Both the position numbers and the translations under genes were made by a program. Source: Eledone cirrhosa (lineage: Eukaryota). From it: a stretch of 64,000 nt of DNA. The stretch spans positions 41,230,001-41,294,000 of the forward strand of contig OZ024753.1 in the NCBI GenBank assembly GCA_964016885.1. The letters run 5' to 3'. How positions within the stretch are numbered: position 1 is the stretch's first letter; each line of letters starts with the position of its first letter. Positions 28,640 to 42,313 of the stretch are shown piece by piece. The notes below the pieces were generated by a model that saw only the letters and a program-made list of their open reading frames with translations, made no database searches and was not told the DNA's origin.

Positions 28640-29430
28640 GATGATAACTGAGAAAATGAAACCAGAAGTGACTCAATGTCATTAAGAATATATGTAAAAT
28701 ATTTGAGCTAACGATATCGTTCAAGAAGACGAAAGCTTCAGAGTTCCACAACAATGAGATAGCGAAGAAGGAGTAACTTCAGTATAGATGAAAATGTGAT
28801 AGAAAATATGAAAGAATTCCTTTCTTCGGAAAACATGATTTATAGTCATTCGAAAGGAATTTTAATAGTGCTGCGAATATGAAAAGCAGCAGCTAAGCTT
28901 AATGATGTGAGAACTGTACTAACACACAACAATGTTGATATGAACACAATAGGAAACTTATCTAAAGTATTTGGGAGATCTTGTCTTACATATGAAGAAC
29001 AATCTGGGCTTCCAAAAGAAATTGAAATACAAAAAATGGAACCGTGCTGGATTCAATTTCGAAGAAGGCATGGAGAATACAATTTTATAAACTAATACAG
29101 TACTATTAAATAATGTCAAGACTGCCCCCACCTCTTACTAAGCTTCATCTATGTACAACATCTTAAGTATATTGGACATGTATATCAAGCAGAGTATACG
29201 ACACACAAAGAAATTATTGTTTATTAAACCAACCAGAAAATATTAGAGGGCTCCATGTTTGAAGTAGGAGAAATTGTAAACCTGACTGTTGTTGAAGTAA
29301 AAAGGTTAACACACAAACAACATCTGAATTCAGTAAGCTAATCAATGAAACAAACTTGCCTCAAGGACTTCAATGAAGTTGATAGAGGACCTCTCAGAGC
29401 GGAAATACATGAAAAGAGATGGGCTCTGCC
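28640..29430 (+). mobile_element. Decayed LINE ORF2 fragment (post-RT region)
   Basis: IENMKEFL(Y-L-G-like)...AAAKLNDVRTVLT...RSCLTYEEQS.LPKEIEIQKMEPCWIQFRRR resembles the RTE-type C-terminal region. Confidence 0.5.
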
Positions 29431-29834
29431 AAGTATAATTGACCGAGGCGCGCCTTATACTACAACGGTGCCCCCAAGACTTTATCATATATACATATAT
29501 AGACTGAAGATTAACAAGGGTTTTAATTAAATCATTTAATTGCTGTACTTTACGACTTTACTATTCATCCTTCATGAAGTATAAAGTACCAGTTATGTAC
29601 TGGGGTTGATTTAATTAACTTTCTCCTTCCTTCACGTTTACTGGCTTTGTGCTTAAATTAGATTAAGTAAGGAAGTATGTTTCATATTCCTGGTCATCAG
29701 CAAAAGATATTAACAGTATCAATTTCCAATTGACTGTGTATCGATCTGAAATACAAGGTGATTATGCGGAAAACTGCAAATATAATTTAACAATTATCAT
29801 AGAAGTCACCTTTATACATACATACATACATACA

Positions 29835-29870
<36 letters not shown>

Positions 29871-29945
29871 CACACACACGGACATGTATATAAATATATA
29901 TATAAATATATATATACATATATATATAAATATATATATATATAA

Positions 29946-29977
<32 letters not shown>

Positions 29978-29982
29978 GCACG

Positions 29983-30044
<62 letters not shown>

Positions 30045-30241
30045 CAGAAAGAGAGAGAGAGGGGGGGGGGGGGGCAAGAAACCCGAGAAGTAGGAAAGCA
30101 AGTAACTTATAGAAATGATACCATTACTTTAAAATTCCCAGTCTTACAATATTAGGATCAGGTGATAGGTTATATTAAAATTTCACAAAATATTTCATAT
30201 AACAATAACTTCTTCAATAGAAGAAGTTGAAAGATACTTAC

Positions 30242-30377
30242 CTTTGTTCCCATTATGGTTTCATTAATTATATTCACCCAGAAGTAATGCTTGCTTCCCT
30301 CGGAAACTCTATGTGTCACAATCAGCATTTGAATTCCAAACAATGGCAGCAACAAAATTAATGCTTTCACAGACCGC
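30242..30377 (-). CDS. Class B1 GPCR TM6/ECL3/TM7 exon: RSVKALILLLPLFGIQMLIVTHRVSEGSKHYFWVNIINETIMGTK
   Basis: ttttgcag|GCGGTCT...ACAAAG|gtaagt. 136 nt, phase 2 in and phase 0 out. Contains the PxxG motif (PLFG) and resembles calcitonin receptor 'KAVKATMILVPLLGIQ'. Confidence 0.95.
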
Positions 30378-30477
30378 CTGCAAAATAGAAGATTTATGTA
30401 TATACAGTATAGTTTCAGAAGATCCCGTTAAGGGTGAAAGCAGCGATTCTTTGCTTAAACTTTAATCTGTTATTTTA

Positions 30478-30562
<85 letters not shown>

Positions 30563-30614
30563 AATATTAAAACAATGAAATTAAACAAACAACGGTTAAT
30601 TCATAGTAAAACTC

Positions 30615-30727
30615 ATATTTTCTACCACCAAATATTAAAAAAATGACGTGTCAGAGGTTTTGGAAACATTTTGTGTTTCAATCTCAATATTTGGATGATA
30701 GTCACGAAATGAAAGTACGCTACCACA

Positions 30728-30781
<54 letters not shown>

Positions 30782-31184
30782 CCATATATATATATATATA
30801 TACACCCATATATATATATATATATATACACCCATATATATATATATATATATATACCCATATATATATATATATATATATATATACACCCATATATATA
30901 TATATATACACACCCATATATATATATACACCCATATATATATATATATATATATACACCCATATATATATATATATATACCTATATATATATATATATA
31001 CCCATATATATATATATACCCATATATATATATATCTATATATATATATACCCATATATATATATCTATATATATATATACCCATATATATATATCTATA
31101 TACATATATATATACCCATATATATATATCTATATACATATATATATACCCATATATATATATATATATATATATCTGTGTGTG

Positions 31185-31217
<33 letters not shown>

Positions 31218-31334
31218 TGTTTGTGGTAGCGTACTTTCATTTCGTGACTATCATCCAAATATTGAGATTGAAACACAAAATGTTTCCAAAACCTCTGACA
31301 CGTCATTTTTTTAATATTTGGTGGTAGAAAATAT
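30615..31334. repeat. Inverted repeats of about 115 bp enclosing a (TA)n-CCC microsatellite spacer
   Basis: About 30615-30735 is the reverse complement of about 31213-31334. No mismatch seen by eye. Confidence 0.85.
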
Positions 31335-31482
31335 AAACAAAACTATGATCTCCGATAATGATCCGATTCCTGACGAGATAGAGATACAATGATATATTTG
31401 GCAGAACTCCTTTCAGCAATTGACTAATGTACAAAGATTATTATAGATTTCATCTAGGTTACCTTGTACTGCTTTGAATATA

Positions 31483-31715
31483 TAATTGTTTCTACTTTTG
31501 GCACAAGGCCAGCAATTAAATCCAGTGTATTACTGGTACTTTATATTATCGACCCCGTAAGGATGACAGCTTTGAATATATAATTGTTTCTACTTTAGGC
31601 ACAAGGCCAGCAAATACCCAGTTCATTACTGGTACTTTATTTTATCGACCCCGTAAGGATGAAAGGCAAAGTCAACCTCGGCGGGATTTGAACTCAGATC
31701 GTAAAGGGACGTAAT
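31483..31715 (-). mobile_element. Meta-core SINE with a partial tandem duplication
   Basis: The core occurs twice, each time preceded by gctttgaatatataattgtttctac. Confidence 0.85.
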
Positions 31716-32904
31716 ATAATGAAGACCAGAGTATGATGGGTTTTCTAAGATAGATACACACATAGTATTATTGAGCATGTACGTGTGTGACTCTTTGTGT
31801 GTTTTTTTCTATATTTTGTATATTTTGTATGTACATGAGCGGAGGTATGGCTGTGTGGTATAAAAGGAAAGGAAAACAGATTTGTTTAGCTATCATGAAG
31901 TCTTGGGATCAAACGCATTCCATAGTGTGACATTTTGGTCAAATGTCTTGATATAGCCTTAGATTGACCGAGGTCTTTTGTGAGAAATTTAATAGACGGA
32001 ATCCAGTGCTGGCTCATCCCTCTATCTTTACAGCTCTCTCACCTGGATGTTCTACTGGATCAAGGGAGAGGGGTAAGGAGGTCGACATTGTGTCTGTGTC
32101 TGCTCACGACTACATGGGAACTTAATACCACCTGTGAAAGCATATTAAGTACTAGTAAAGCATACGCCATTGCAATGATTACTGATGGCGCTTATAGTAT
32201 ATATTTTTTGTAGTTTGTTATGGAGAGCTGAGTATTGTTGTACCCCTACACGACTGTCAGATCAATAGCCTTTCCACATAAACCTTGTATTTCACAACTC
32301 CGGATTACCATCCATTTCCAATGTATTGCTATTTTGTATCAAAATCACGGATGTAGTTTGCTGGGAGCTTAGTTCTACAACTTTCGAAGGATATGCTCTG
32401 AATAAAAGCAGCAAATTTTAAATATCTGCATTGTTTGTAGTTATTTTTCCAATTTGTGAATGTTTTTAGAATGATGAGAAAATACTGAATCGACACTGGA
32501 TCAATATTTTTATTTCATGTAGCCATGCGTTAGTTCAATAGACACAGCAATATCTCCAATGATCCATACTGAATTACATTTTCTTCAACAAAATCAAGGC
32601 TATGAAGCTAGCATGTAATTAAGAGAATTTATTATAACTTATTCCTATTTACATTTAGTTAATATACCACATGGTATTGTCTGTTTATCCTATTACGTTT
32701 TATACTATACAATGATATAACTTTATTGTTTATATTTCATATTAATATGAAAACATATGATGTTGTAAATATTGGTTATTTAAACAATGGCCGAATAACG
32801 TTGTTTGGGGTTTTTGAAAATAACAAATTAAAACAGAATTTTTCATTACTTTCAACATAAAACATTAAAAAAATATATCAAATGTGTATCAAACCAATAC
32901 TGGT

Positions 32905-34120
<1,216 letters not shown>

Positions 34121-34125
<5 letters not shown>

Positions 34126-34200
34126 GCGCGTGTGTGTGGGTATATATATATATGTGTGTGAAAAATGGCGTGCTGAGTTGTTGCATATATATATATATAA

Positions 34201-34236
<36 letters not shown>

Positions 34237-34309
34237 ATTTTTATATATATGCAACAACACAGCACGCCATTTTTCACACATATATATATATATATATATA
34301 CCCACACAC

Positions 34310-34322
<13 letters not shown>
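34121..34322. repeat. Inverted repeat with about 70-bp arms around a TA tract
   Basis: gcgcgtgtgtgtggg...gaaaaatggcgtgctg.gttgttgc pairs with gcaacaac.cagcacgccatttttc...cccacacacacgcgc. Confidence 0.8.
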
Positions 34323-34345
<23 letters not shown>

Positions 34346-34697
34346 CACAATCAAATATATATCAAAATACATTGAAAAACTATTTAGTGAATATTTATTC
34401 TACTGCAGTTGATATTGTTATTATTTAAGATGATAAATACTGGAAGTCATATTTTTCTTATTATATATTAAACTGAAATCTCTGCTACTTCATTGTTCTC
34501 ACCAATAAAGATTTATTGGCATTGTTATAATGTCATTCTTCATTTATAAATAAATAATTAAACTCTTCTTTTGCCTTAATCCACGAATGAATTGAATATG
34601 GATGGGTTTATGTGTGTATGTTTAAGGAGGTTTCTGTGTGAGTTTGGAGGGGTTGCGCGCGCGTGTGTGTGTATGGATGGGTTTGCCTGTGTATAGT

Positions 34698-34915
34698 GAA
34701 GGCGTGTGGCTGAGTGGTTAGAGAATTGGATTCGCAATCTTGAGGTTGTGAGTTCGATTCCTGGACCGGGCGATGCGTTATGTCCCTAAGGAAGACATTT
34801 TATTTCACGTTGCTCCTTCTACCTGGAGTTGCGACCAATAAATAGTCCTAGCAACTGGAAAGACCAAAGGAAACATTGTTTCCTCGGTCTGATTTAACGA
34901 AAGTCGATCGATCCC
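34698..34915 (+). mobile_element. CORE/V-like tRNA SINE copy
   Basis: Aligns end to end with 11139-11355. Confidence 0.88.
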
Positions 34916-35141
34916 TTTTTTTATGTGTGTATGTTTCAGGAGGTTTCTGTGTGGGGTTGGAGGGGTTGCGCGCGTCTGTGTGTATGGCTGGGTTTGCCTG
35001 TGTGCTTGTGTGTGTTAAAATGATAATAAATTATGATGCTTAAACCATTACTCAACAGAGTACTCGATACTTGGAGTAATAGAGTATGATTATATTATAA
35101 AGTGTCGGGACCCGACTCTTTATGGTATATATATATATATA

Positions 35142-36156
35142 TAGTGGCTGACTGGATCTAAAAATATTAGTTGCCAGGAGATGAAGAGGGCCCACCTACA
35201 TATAGAATACTCTCATTTAATTTTTATAATAAATAAATAACATTTTCGAAAAATACATAAGTGGAAACAAAACAGTGCAATCAAATTTTTGCGGAAAAAT
35301 ATCTTACCTTCTCCAATAACAAATATTATGTATTTTACGAAATCTAGAGACTTTCAATAATGACCAGAAGACGACCCTAAATATTACTAATAGCTCTAGG
35401 AAAGCCATGAACAACACCACATCTTTTTAACTTTGATTTTGAAAGTAGGTTTATAATTATCAATTTTCACTATACTTTTGTAGATGTCTCAGTGGCCGAG
35501 TTGGAGGAATCAAAGACGGTGGTGATCCTGGTCTGAAGTTCGATCTTGGTCGAGAGTAGGGTTCCCGCTAAACATTTTCAGTTTTTTTCTATTGGTTGTA
35601 AAATAAAAAAACTGGAAATGGGTATATGTACCTCTTGACCAGGATTGAACTCAAGGTCAGGATCTCCACCTTCTCTAGTAACTACCACTAGGCCACAGAA
35701 ACAACTAAGAAAGTCTTATGAAAATTCATACTTATAAACCTACTTTCAAAACAAAGTGTTGTGGTGTCGTTCATGTCTTTCTTAATGTTATTGCTCTTAT
35801 TTAAGGTCAACTTCGAAACCACTTGGGTCTTCCATAAACTGCATCCTCGTTTTGTTTCACATCTATCTAGACTATATTCTAACCTGTAATCCATGTTTCA
35901 TTTCCGTTCCACCTCATTTATCCTCCTTCTTAGTTGACCAAATGCATTGCTTAATTGTTTTTTTTTTATTTTTTTCTTCTTTCTATTAGATTTCAGGTAT
36001 TTTTTGAAAGCAAAGCATTAGGCCCTAAAATAGTACATTGGGCCCTGAAAAGCTACTGTAGGCCCTGTAATGCTACTGTGGGCTCTTGCAATGCTACCGT
36101 GGGCCCCATGAGGCCCACTTGCCATTGGGCAACCTGGCAACTTGGCCAGTCCGCCA

Positions 36157-36161
<5 letters not shown>
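35142..36161. mobile_element. Putative non-autonomous DNA transposon of about 1 kb (hAT-like CAGTGGCGGA ends)
   Basis: Left end agtggctgactgg...agttgccagg...gggccc matches the reverse complement of the right end, cagtggcggactgg...agttgccagg...gggcc. Subterminal gctactgt repeats at about 36050-36106. TA tracts on both sides. Confidence 0.55.
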
Positions 36162-36190
<29 letters not shown>

Positions 36191-36299
36191 CAATTTCCTT
36201 TTCCAAAACATCTGGTTAACAACACGTGGTTTCTCTTATCTTCCTGTTTTCGTTTTATATTTTCGTCAACTAAGAGAGGCCTAGTAAGATCTCTATTTG

Positions 36300-37470
36300 G
36301 TTGAAAACTGCAACAATTGGATTATCTACATATCAAAGGGAATCACATGATTGGATGATCAAACTCGTTTTGAAACACGAAAGCATCAAAAGATCATACA
36401 CCATTACAAAAGATGCACAAAGATACAGTAATGGACTACAAATTTCAGAAGTCCCATTTACTGCTGAAATGGAAAACACAGAAAAAGAAAAGCAGGTAAA
36501 AGTAACTGCAAAGAAAGAAGTGCTACAGAAACTGGCTAAGAAATGGCAAGAATAGCCTCTGTATGGAAAATACCCAGAAAGTGCTAACAATCCTGATGTT
36601 GACAAAACCCATCAGTGGTTGGCATCCTCTGGACTGAAATCGGAGACTAAAGGACTGATTATATCAGCACAAGATCAGTGTCTGCCAAGAAAAAATGACC
36701 AAGCCAACATAATAAAAAATGGATGCAACCCATTATGCCGTGTATGTAAAAAACAACCAGAGATCATTGATCATATAATTTCAATGTGCAGTCCTATAGC
36801 TCCAACCGAATACCTAAACAGGTATGACAGAGCTGCACAATACATACATTGGATAATGTGTAAGCATTTTGACCTGCCCCATCAAAAGAATTGGTGGGAG
36901 CATCAACCACCTCCCATACTTCAAAAAGATCACATCTCAATCTTGTGGAACTTTAGCATCCAAACAGACCGAAAAATAGATACAAATAGACCTGATATAA
37001 TATTGAAGGACTTTAAAAAGAGGGTATGCCTGCTAATTGATATGTCCGTTCCAATAGACAAGAATGTATCTATAAAAACATTTGAAAAATTGAGCAAGTA
37101 TAAGGACCTGGAGATAGAAATTGGAAAAATGTGGAAATTGAGAACTAAAACAATACCAGTGGTTGTAGGCGCTCTAGGAATGATACCTAAGGAGTCTAAT
37201 GATTACTTATCGCAAATCCCAGGAAACCCGCGTATAGGAGAAATACAAAAGATAGTACTAATGGGAACTGCCCATATACTAAGGAAGATTCTGTCAATAT
37301 AAGTACATCACAAGTCTAAACACCTAAAGATGCATGTGTGTGTATGTATGTTCTTTCTTGAACATGGCGGACCCTGTTGTCTCTTGAGGTCACTGGTTGT
37401 GATTTGGTGATAACTCGTATGAACATAAAGCAAGATAAATGCAACTGTAATAATAATAATAATAATAATT
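36300..37470 (+). mobile_element. 5'-truncated R4/Dong-clade non-LTR retrotransposon (zinc knuckle and restriction-like endonuclease), defective
   Basis: ORF 36619-37302 contains AQDQ, CRVC-x8-H-x4-C, RPDII...LLID...EKLSKYKDL...IPVVVGALG...GTAHILRKIL. In-frame TAG at 36553-36555. 3' end runs into (TAA)n, the known Dong target. Confidence 0.92.
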
Positions 37471-39283
37471 GAAATGTATGACCGGGTCTGTAATGTACTC
37501 CACAGGTATTACTATTTTCCATGCATTTCTAAGAAGAGATTGTTTCGTATGTTAAAAGTTCTCGAATGAAGTTGCAACCGAAAGAAAAGAAAATGTTAAA
37601 ACCCATTTTTCCTTTTTGTCTTTCTTTTCGCTTTTTTATACTTGTATTTTAGTCAAACATTTATACTAATCTATAAGGCTAGCTACTTTTCTTGCCACAG
37701 AAATGGAGAATGGAGAATAGAAAATGAGGGATCTCTCCTGGTATTCAATGGTAATAAATATAGAACTCGTGACAGTATATTTTATGTTAAAATAAGGATT
37801 TTGAACTTTGATTCACATAAATACGTTAGTTGAGATAGGATATAGTTATTTGTAACACCCGTAGCCTATTTCGGGATTAGAATTTAGGTTATGAAGGGAC
37901 GTAACTAGATCCAACAAAGCATTTATTGTCTGGCTCTCTTACGCTTTGTTTTTACTCAACAGACTTTATGATTTTGAAATTACTAATTAGATTTCTAGAT
38001 GGTTTATATATACTAATTCTATTGTCAGAATATTTAGCGCGCTGTTAAAACGAATGGGCTTAGTGTATTGGAATGTATTGTTCGGAGGTGAGAATTAATT
38101 AGAAAATAACATTAATTGGAGATTAATGACAAACTGATTCTGACAGTAAAGAAAAAATATTATGATGCAATTTTTCAAGTGTAGCATGAATGAAAAGATT
38201 CAAAATTTATTGATATTATTCCTCCCTTTTCTAGACACCTCTGCAGCTCAGGATCTGCTTAAAAGTTTCCGCTAAGGAACAAAGAAATCATGTTGACTTT
38301 TGCACTATGTCTCATAGATATAAGTTGGCTGAGCTGCACTAGACATCAAAGAATGCCGAATCAAGAACGTAATGCACTAGGGGTTCTACTACCAGTTGTT
38401 CAACCAGAAATGTCCGATAGAGTCATTAGTAAGTCGCTTGGACATAGGTTAGGGCTTCGTCGACCTCTATGGGTTAAGGTAGATAAGGATGTATTTTGGA
38501 AGGCCTGAAACAGCCAGTGAATCCAGTATACAGAACTGATTATGTGTCCAAGGAGTTACCTCCGTGGATGAAGAACTATAGGAAAATTCTATGAAGAACT
38601 ATAAGAAAGTTCCACGAAAGACTATAAGAAAGTTCCAAAGCACTGATGCTTTTAGCGAGAGGGATTTCTTCCGAAAATTAAAATTATTGATTTTTCAAAA
38701 AATGATTTACGATAATTCGATAGCAATAAATAATTAAAAAATTCTCAATAGTTGACATAGCAATTTGGTTCTGTTCTACGTTCTTGATAAATACACTAAC
38801 ACTCAACAGTTCCAGGACTCCTGACTGTAAAATGAGGTGATTAAGTTTATTACTAGAAACAGTGAGGAAAATGTAAATCGAACGTCGTTTAATTTATTTC
38901 ATTACCGTGTTGAGCTGGAATGTTCCAAATGGTTCATTTTCTTTCACTCTCTCTCCTTCTCTGAAAGAAATTGGCTTCAAAATAATGAGCTCCACCAGGT
39001 TTAAATTACCCAAGACACGCTATGTGTCAGGACGGTGCCTCTACGACACTACCAGGACTTTCCTTCCTTTCCAATGTTGATATCCATTTAGTCATTTCAC
39101 ATTTACGCAATATAGATTATTACATATAATAAAGTCAGGAAGATTTCATACGCCATCCGGTTTAGCAATACCATCTACTCCAGGGGTGGTTTTAACGTAG
39201 GTTTGGCCGGGGCAAGCATTCACGTAAAATCTCTGATCCGAAAAATAATATTTTTTCATTTAATTTCTGTCTGAAAAAGGGAT

Positions 39284-39458
39284 AATTGACACAACTTTTA
39301 CTTATCTGTCTATCTTAATTGACACAACTTTTACTTGTCTGTCTATCTTAATTGACACAACTTTTACTTCTCTGTCTATCTTAATTGACACAACTTTTAC
39401 TTGTCTGTCTATCTTAATTGACACAACTTTTACTTGTCTGTCTATACAATGACACAAC
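39284..39458. repeat. 33-bp minisatellite, about 5 copies
   Basis: Unit aattgacacaacttttacttNtctgtctatctt. Confidence 0.92.
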
Positions 39459-40193
39459 GTCCTTCCTTTAATTGTGTAGAATTTCTGGATAAGATTTTAC
39501 TCATAGGAATAATAATTTGATTTTTCAAGCCTTCTGCTCATCGTTTTTGAATTGGAGATTTCCTATGCCAGACAAATAAATGTATTTGTGGCCAGTGAAA
39601 ATGTTTAAAGTCATAGAAATAGGAAGATATGTCCTCTATCTGTGGTTGATTAAATATCTACCGAGCAAAGCAATTTCATTTCGACAGACATGTCAGTATT
39701 CTCTGGCAATAATTTCTGAATATTCAATGCTATTTATCCATCTTCTACCATAATTTTACTTGACTTTAATTAACAATATTGTTCTGACATGTTTCATTAA
39801 AAGGATTGTTACATTTCTTAACCTCTGCATGTCGCCGTGAATTGCTATTTTACATTTCATTTGACAAGGTTGTTTCAACCTTTAAAGAAGTCAAGAATTA
39901 ATGAAATATTTTTTCGAGTTTTGACAAGTGCAGACATAGCTGTGTAGTTATGGAGTTTGTTTTGTAACTGCGAGACTCTGGTTTCAATTCCACCGTGTAT
40001 CACATGCAGCCATAGCTTTCGGTTGACCAATGTCTGTGAGTGATATTTGATAGACGGAAACTGCAGAGGCCCGTCACACACACACACGCACACATATATA
40101 TATATAAACTCTCGGGAGTTTTAACGAAAAAACAATTTATCCTAATAACAAATGTTTTGAAGATACAAAACGGAGAAAGCCTTTGCTAACATC

Positions 40194-40229
<36 letters not shown>

Positions 40230-40284
40230 GCAAGGTGCGCTTTTCGAACCCTTTTTTAATCATTATCCTTTTATATATATACAG

Positions 40285-40329
<45 letters not shown>

Positions 40330-40912
40330 GAATGATGGGCTTCACCAGCCTCTGTCTACTAAATTCCACTCACAAGCACAGATCAACGCCAGTCTATAAA
40401 AGACACAGGTTTGTGAAGTGAACTCTTTAACCATACAAACAAGCCTGTGTGTTATTTTCTAATGCAAATACGTTTGTGATTATAACCTTTCTTCCAGGAA
40501 CTAATTGACTTATATAAGTATCGATAAAGGAAACATTATAGATGTTCACTTCTTAAATTATATTGATCGGTTATGTCGAAGTAAATGAAATCTATATTAG
40601 ATGTGGAACCTCTATGGGTTCTTGAATAATGATTGAGTTGTTGGGGAAGTGAGGGTGATATAGCTTGGATATTTTAAATCTGACAGAGTCCATCTGATTT
40701 CTCCCAGAAAATGACAGAGGGTGATGGTGATACGAGGAAGATATATAGAGGAAGAATCTAGCATGCTAATTTTTATATTGACCTTTAAAGGACGACAGTT
40801 TTAACATTGGAAAGATTTGAACTAAGAACGCAGAAAACTGAAACGAAAAGTGCAAAGCGTTCTAACGACTCTGTTAATTCGCCGGTTATTTAAAAGGTGG
40901 TGTAATATTGTC

Positions 40913-41245
40913 AGGTAACTTCTGATGGAGTTGTAGGGGTGCCGTACTGACATACAGCATTGCTTGGGCATCTTAAGCCTGGCGGAACCCATACTTTTCC
41001 AAGCCCGAGTACAGTAAGTTTCTTCCAGAGAAGGATAGCACGCCAGAGAGAAAGGACGTGAGAAAGAGATACATAGAAATAATAGACCGACCCCAGTACT
41101 AGAATGGTACTTTTTTCTCGACTTCGAAATGATGAAAGGTAAAGTTGACCTCGACAGGATTTGAACTCAGAGAGTAGAAAGCCGGAACGAATACAACATA
41201 GCATTCTATCCGACGTTCTAACGACTCTGCCAATTTTCCGCCTTA
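40913..41245 (-). mobile_element. Long-tailed variant of the Meta-core SINE (also about 24950-25250 on +, 49005-49260 on +, 54063-54240 on -)
   Basis: Same head and core, followed by a CT-rich linker and a shared tail ctctggaagaaa.ct...ccgccag...tac.actcc. Confidence 0.7.
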
Positions 41246-41300
41246 ATTAGAAAGTGCATTTCGATACTCTGAGAATTTCATATTTTTAGAATGTTCTTAC

Positions 41301-41380
41301 CTTAAGCTGCTTGGATCATTTGGATGGGATTCTAGTTTAAACAGTTGCCGCAAAATGTGAGAGAGAAATAGTACATTCAG
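41301..41380 (-). CDS. Class B1 GPCR TM5/ICL3 exon: LNVLFLSHILRQLFKLESHPNDPSSL(R)
   Basis: atttccag|CTGAATG...AGCTTAAG|gtaaga. 80 nt, phase 0 in and phase 2 out. Matches the class B 'NxxFLxxIxRxLxxKL' pattern. Not in the ORF track. Confidence 0.92.
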
Positions 41381-41635
41381 CTGGAAATAGATTTGAAAGC
41401 AGAATATCGTTAGCATAGTATAATTCTTCATAGACACTGACTCACACTCTTGCACTCAACACACACGCACACATTCCTATATATATTATATTTATATATA
41501 TTTGCGTGTGTATGTAAATATATAGGTAATTCAGTATATATTTATATATATATATATTTGTGTGTGTGTAAATATATTATATTCAGTAGATATATGGTTT
41601 AAAGAGGAAGGTACCAATATAAGCACTCTAAAACA

Positions 41636-41775
41636 GTTTAAATGAAGCCAAAGTCTCCATTGGGGGGATACAAGCTAGACAACCTAATGATATAAGAAAG
41701 TTTCGCTCGTATCTTATATAAATTTGTCTAGCTTATATTCCCCTCCAAGGGAGGCTTTGTCATAATTTAAACTAA
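41636..41775. repeat. Degenerate hairpin element with about 60-bp arms
   Basis: agtttaaat...aaagtctcc...aagctagacaa pairs with ttgtctagctt...ggaggctttg...atttaaact. Confidence 0.6.
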
Positions 41776-41901
41776 GTTCACATGCGTCTCTGATTTGATA
41801 TTTTTAGCTCTCTTTTCATTGAGATGTTCCGTATATTAATGGCAAATAACTTTTTCTTTTACTCAGTTTGGTATCTCCAATAATGAAGTAGAAGTCACTA
41901 G

Positions 41902-41942
<41 letters not shown>

Positions 41943-42159
41943 AAGAATTAGTATATCTACTAACATATATATACAGATGCATACCTATGCCAGCAAATAT
42001 ATAGGTTTTGTCTTAGTAACTTTGTGGTTCAATGCATGGGGATGCAGAACAATAATATGAAAGACGTAAAATAAGTGAAATTTTAGTAAGTAAGTTAATT
42101 TTTATAATTTTCTTATTTTACGTCCTTCATATATATATATTTATATATATATATATATA

Positions 42160-42313
42160 AGTTTATCGGGGGTAACCACAGTAAGTAAGGTACTCAATAC
42201 AAAGCAGAGTATAAATATTTAATATAGAAAGGCTTCTACATGACTAGAACTGTTTCAATCGGCACCCGAATGAAACAGTTCTAGTCCTAGAGAAGCCTTT
42301 CTATATTAAATAT
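42160..42313. mobile_element. TA-embedded hairpin element, family C. Related copies at about 20760-20820 and 60612-60750
   Basis: Shared ggtaaccaca..aagtaagg.actcaatacaaagcagagtataaatatttaatatag. Inverted arms at about 42215-42262 and 42266-42313. Confidence 0.7.

Noticed and set aside
29665-29710. Minus-strand CTGATGA...GAAA
   Set aside because: Stem II and stem I do not pair, so it is likely chance or too decayed to call.
32200-32620. Complex-looking sequence, possibly a decayed transposase
   Set aside because: No recognisable motif in the frames read.
38290-38508. 72-aa ORF with faint RTE C-terminal resemblance
   Set aside because: Too degenerate to support as either a gene or an element.
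39284-39458. CRISPR-like 33-bp periodicity
   Set aside because: The units are contiguous with no unique spacers, no cas genes are present, and the context is eukaryotic.
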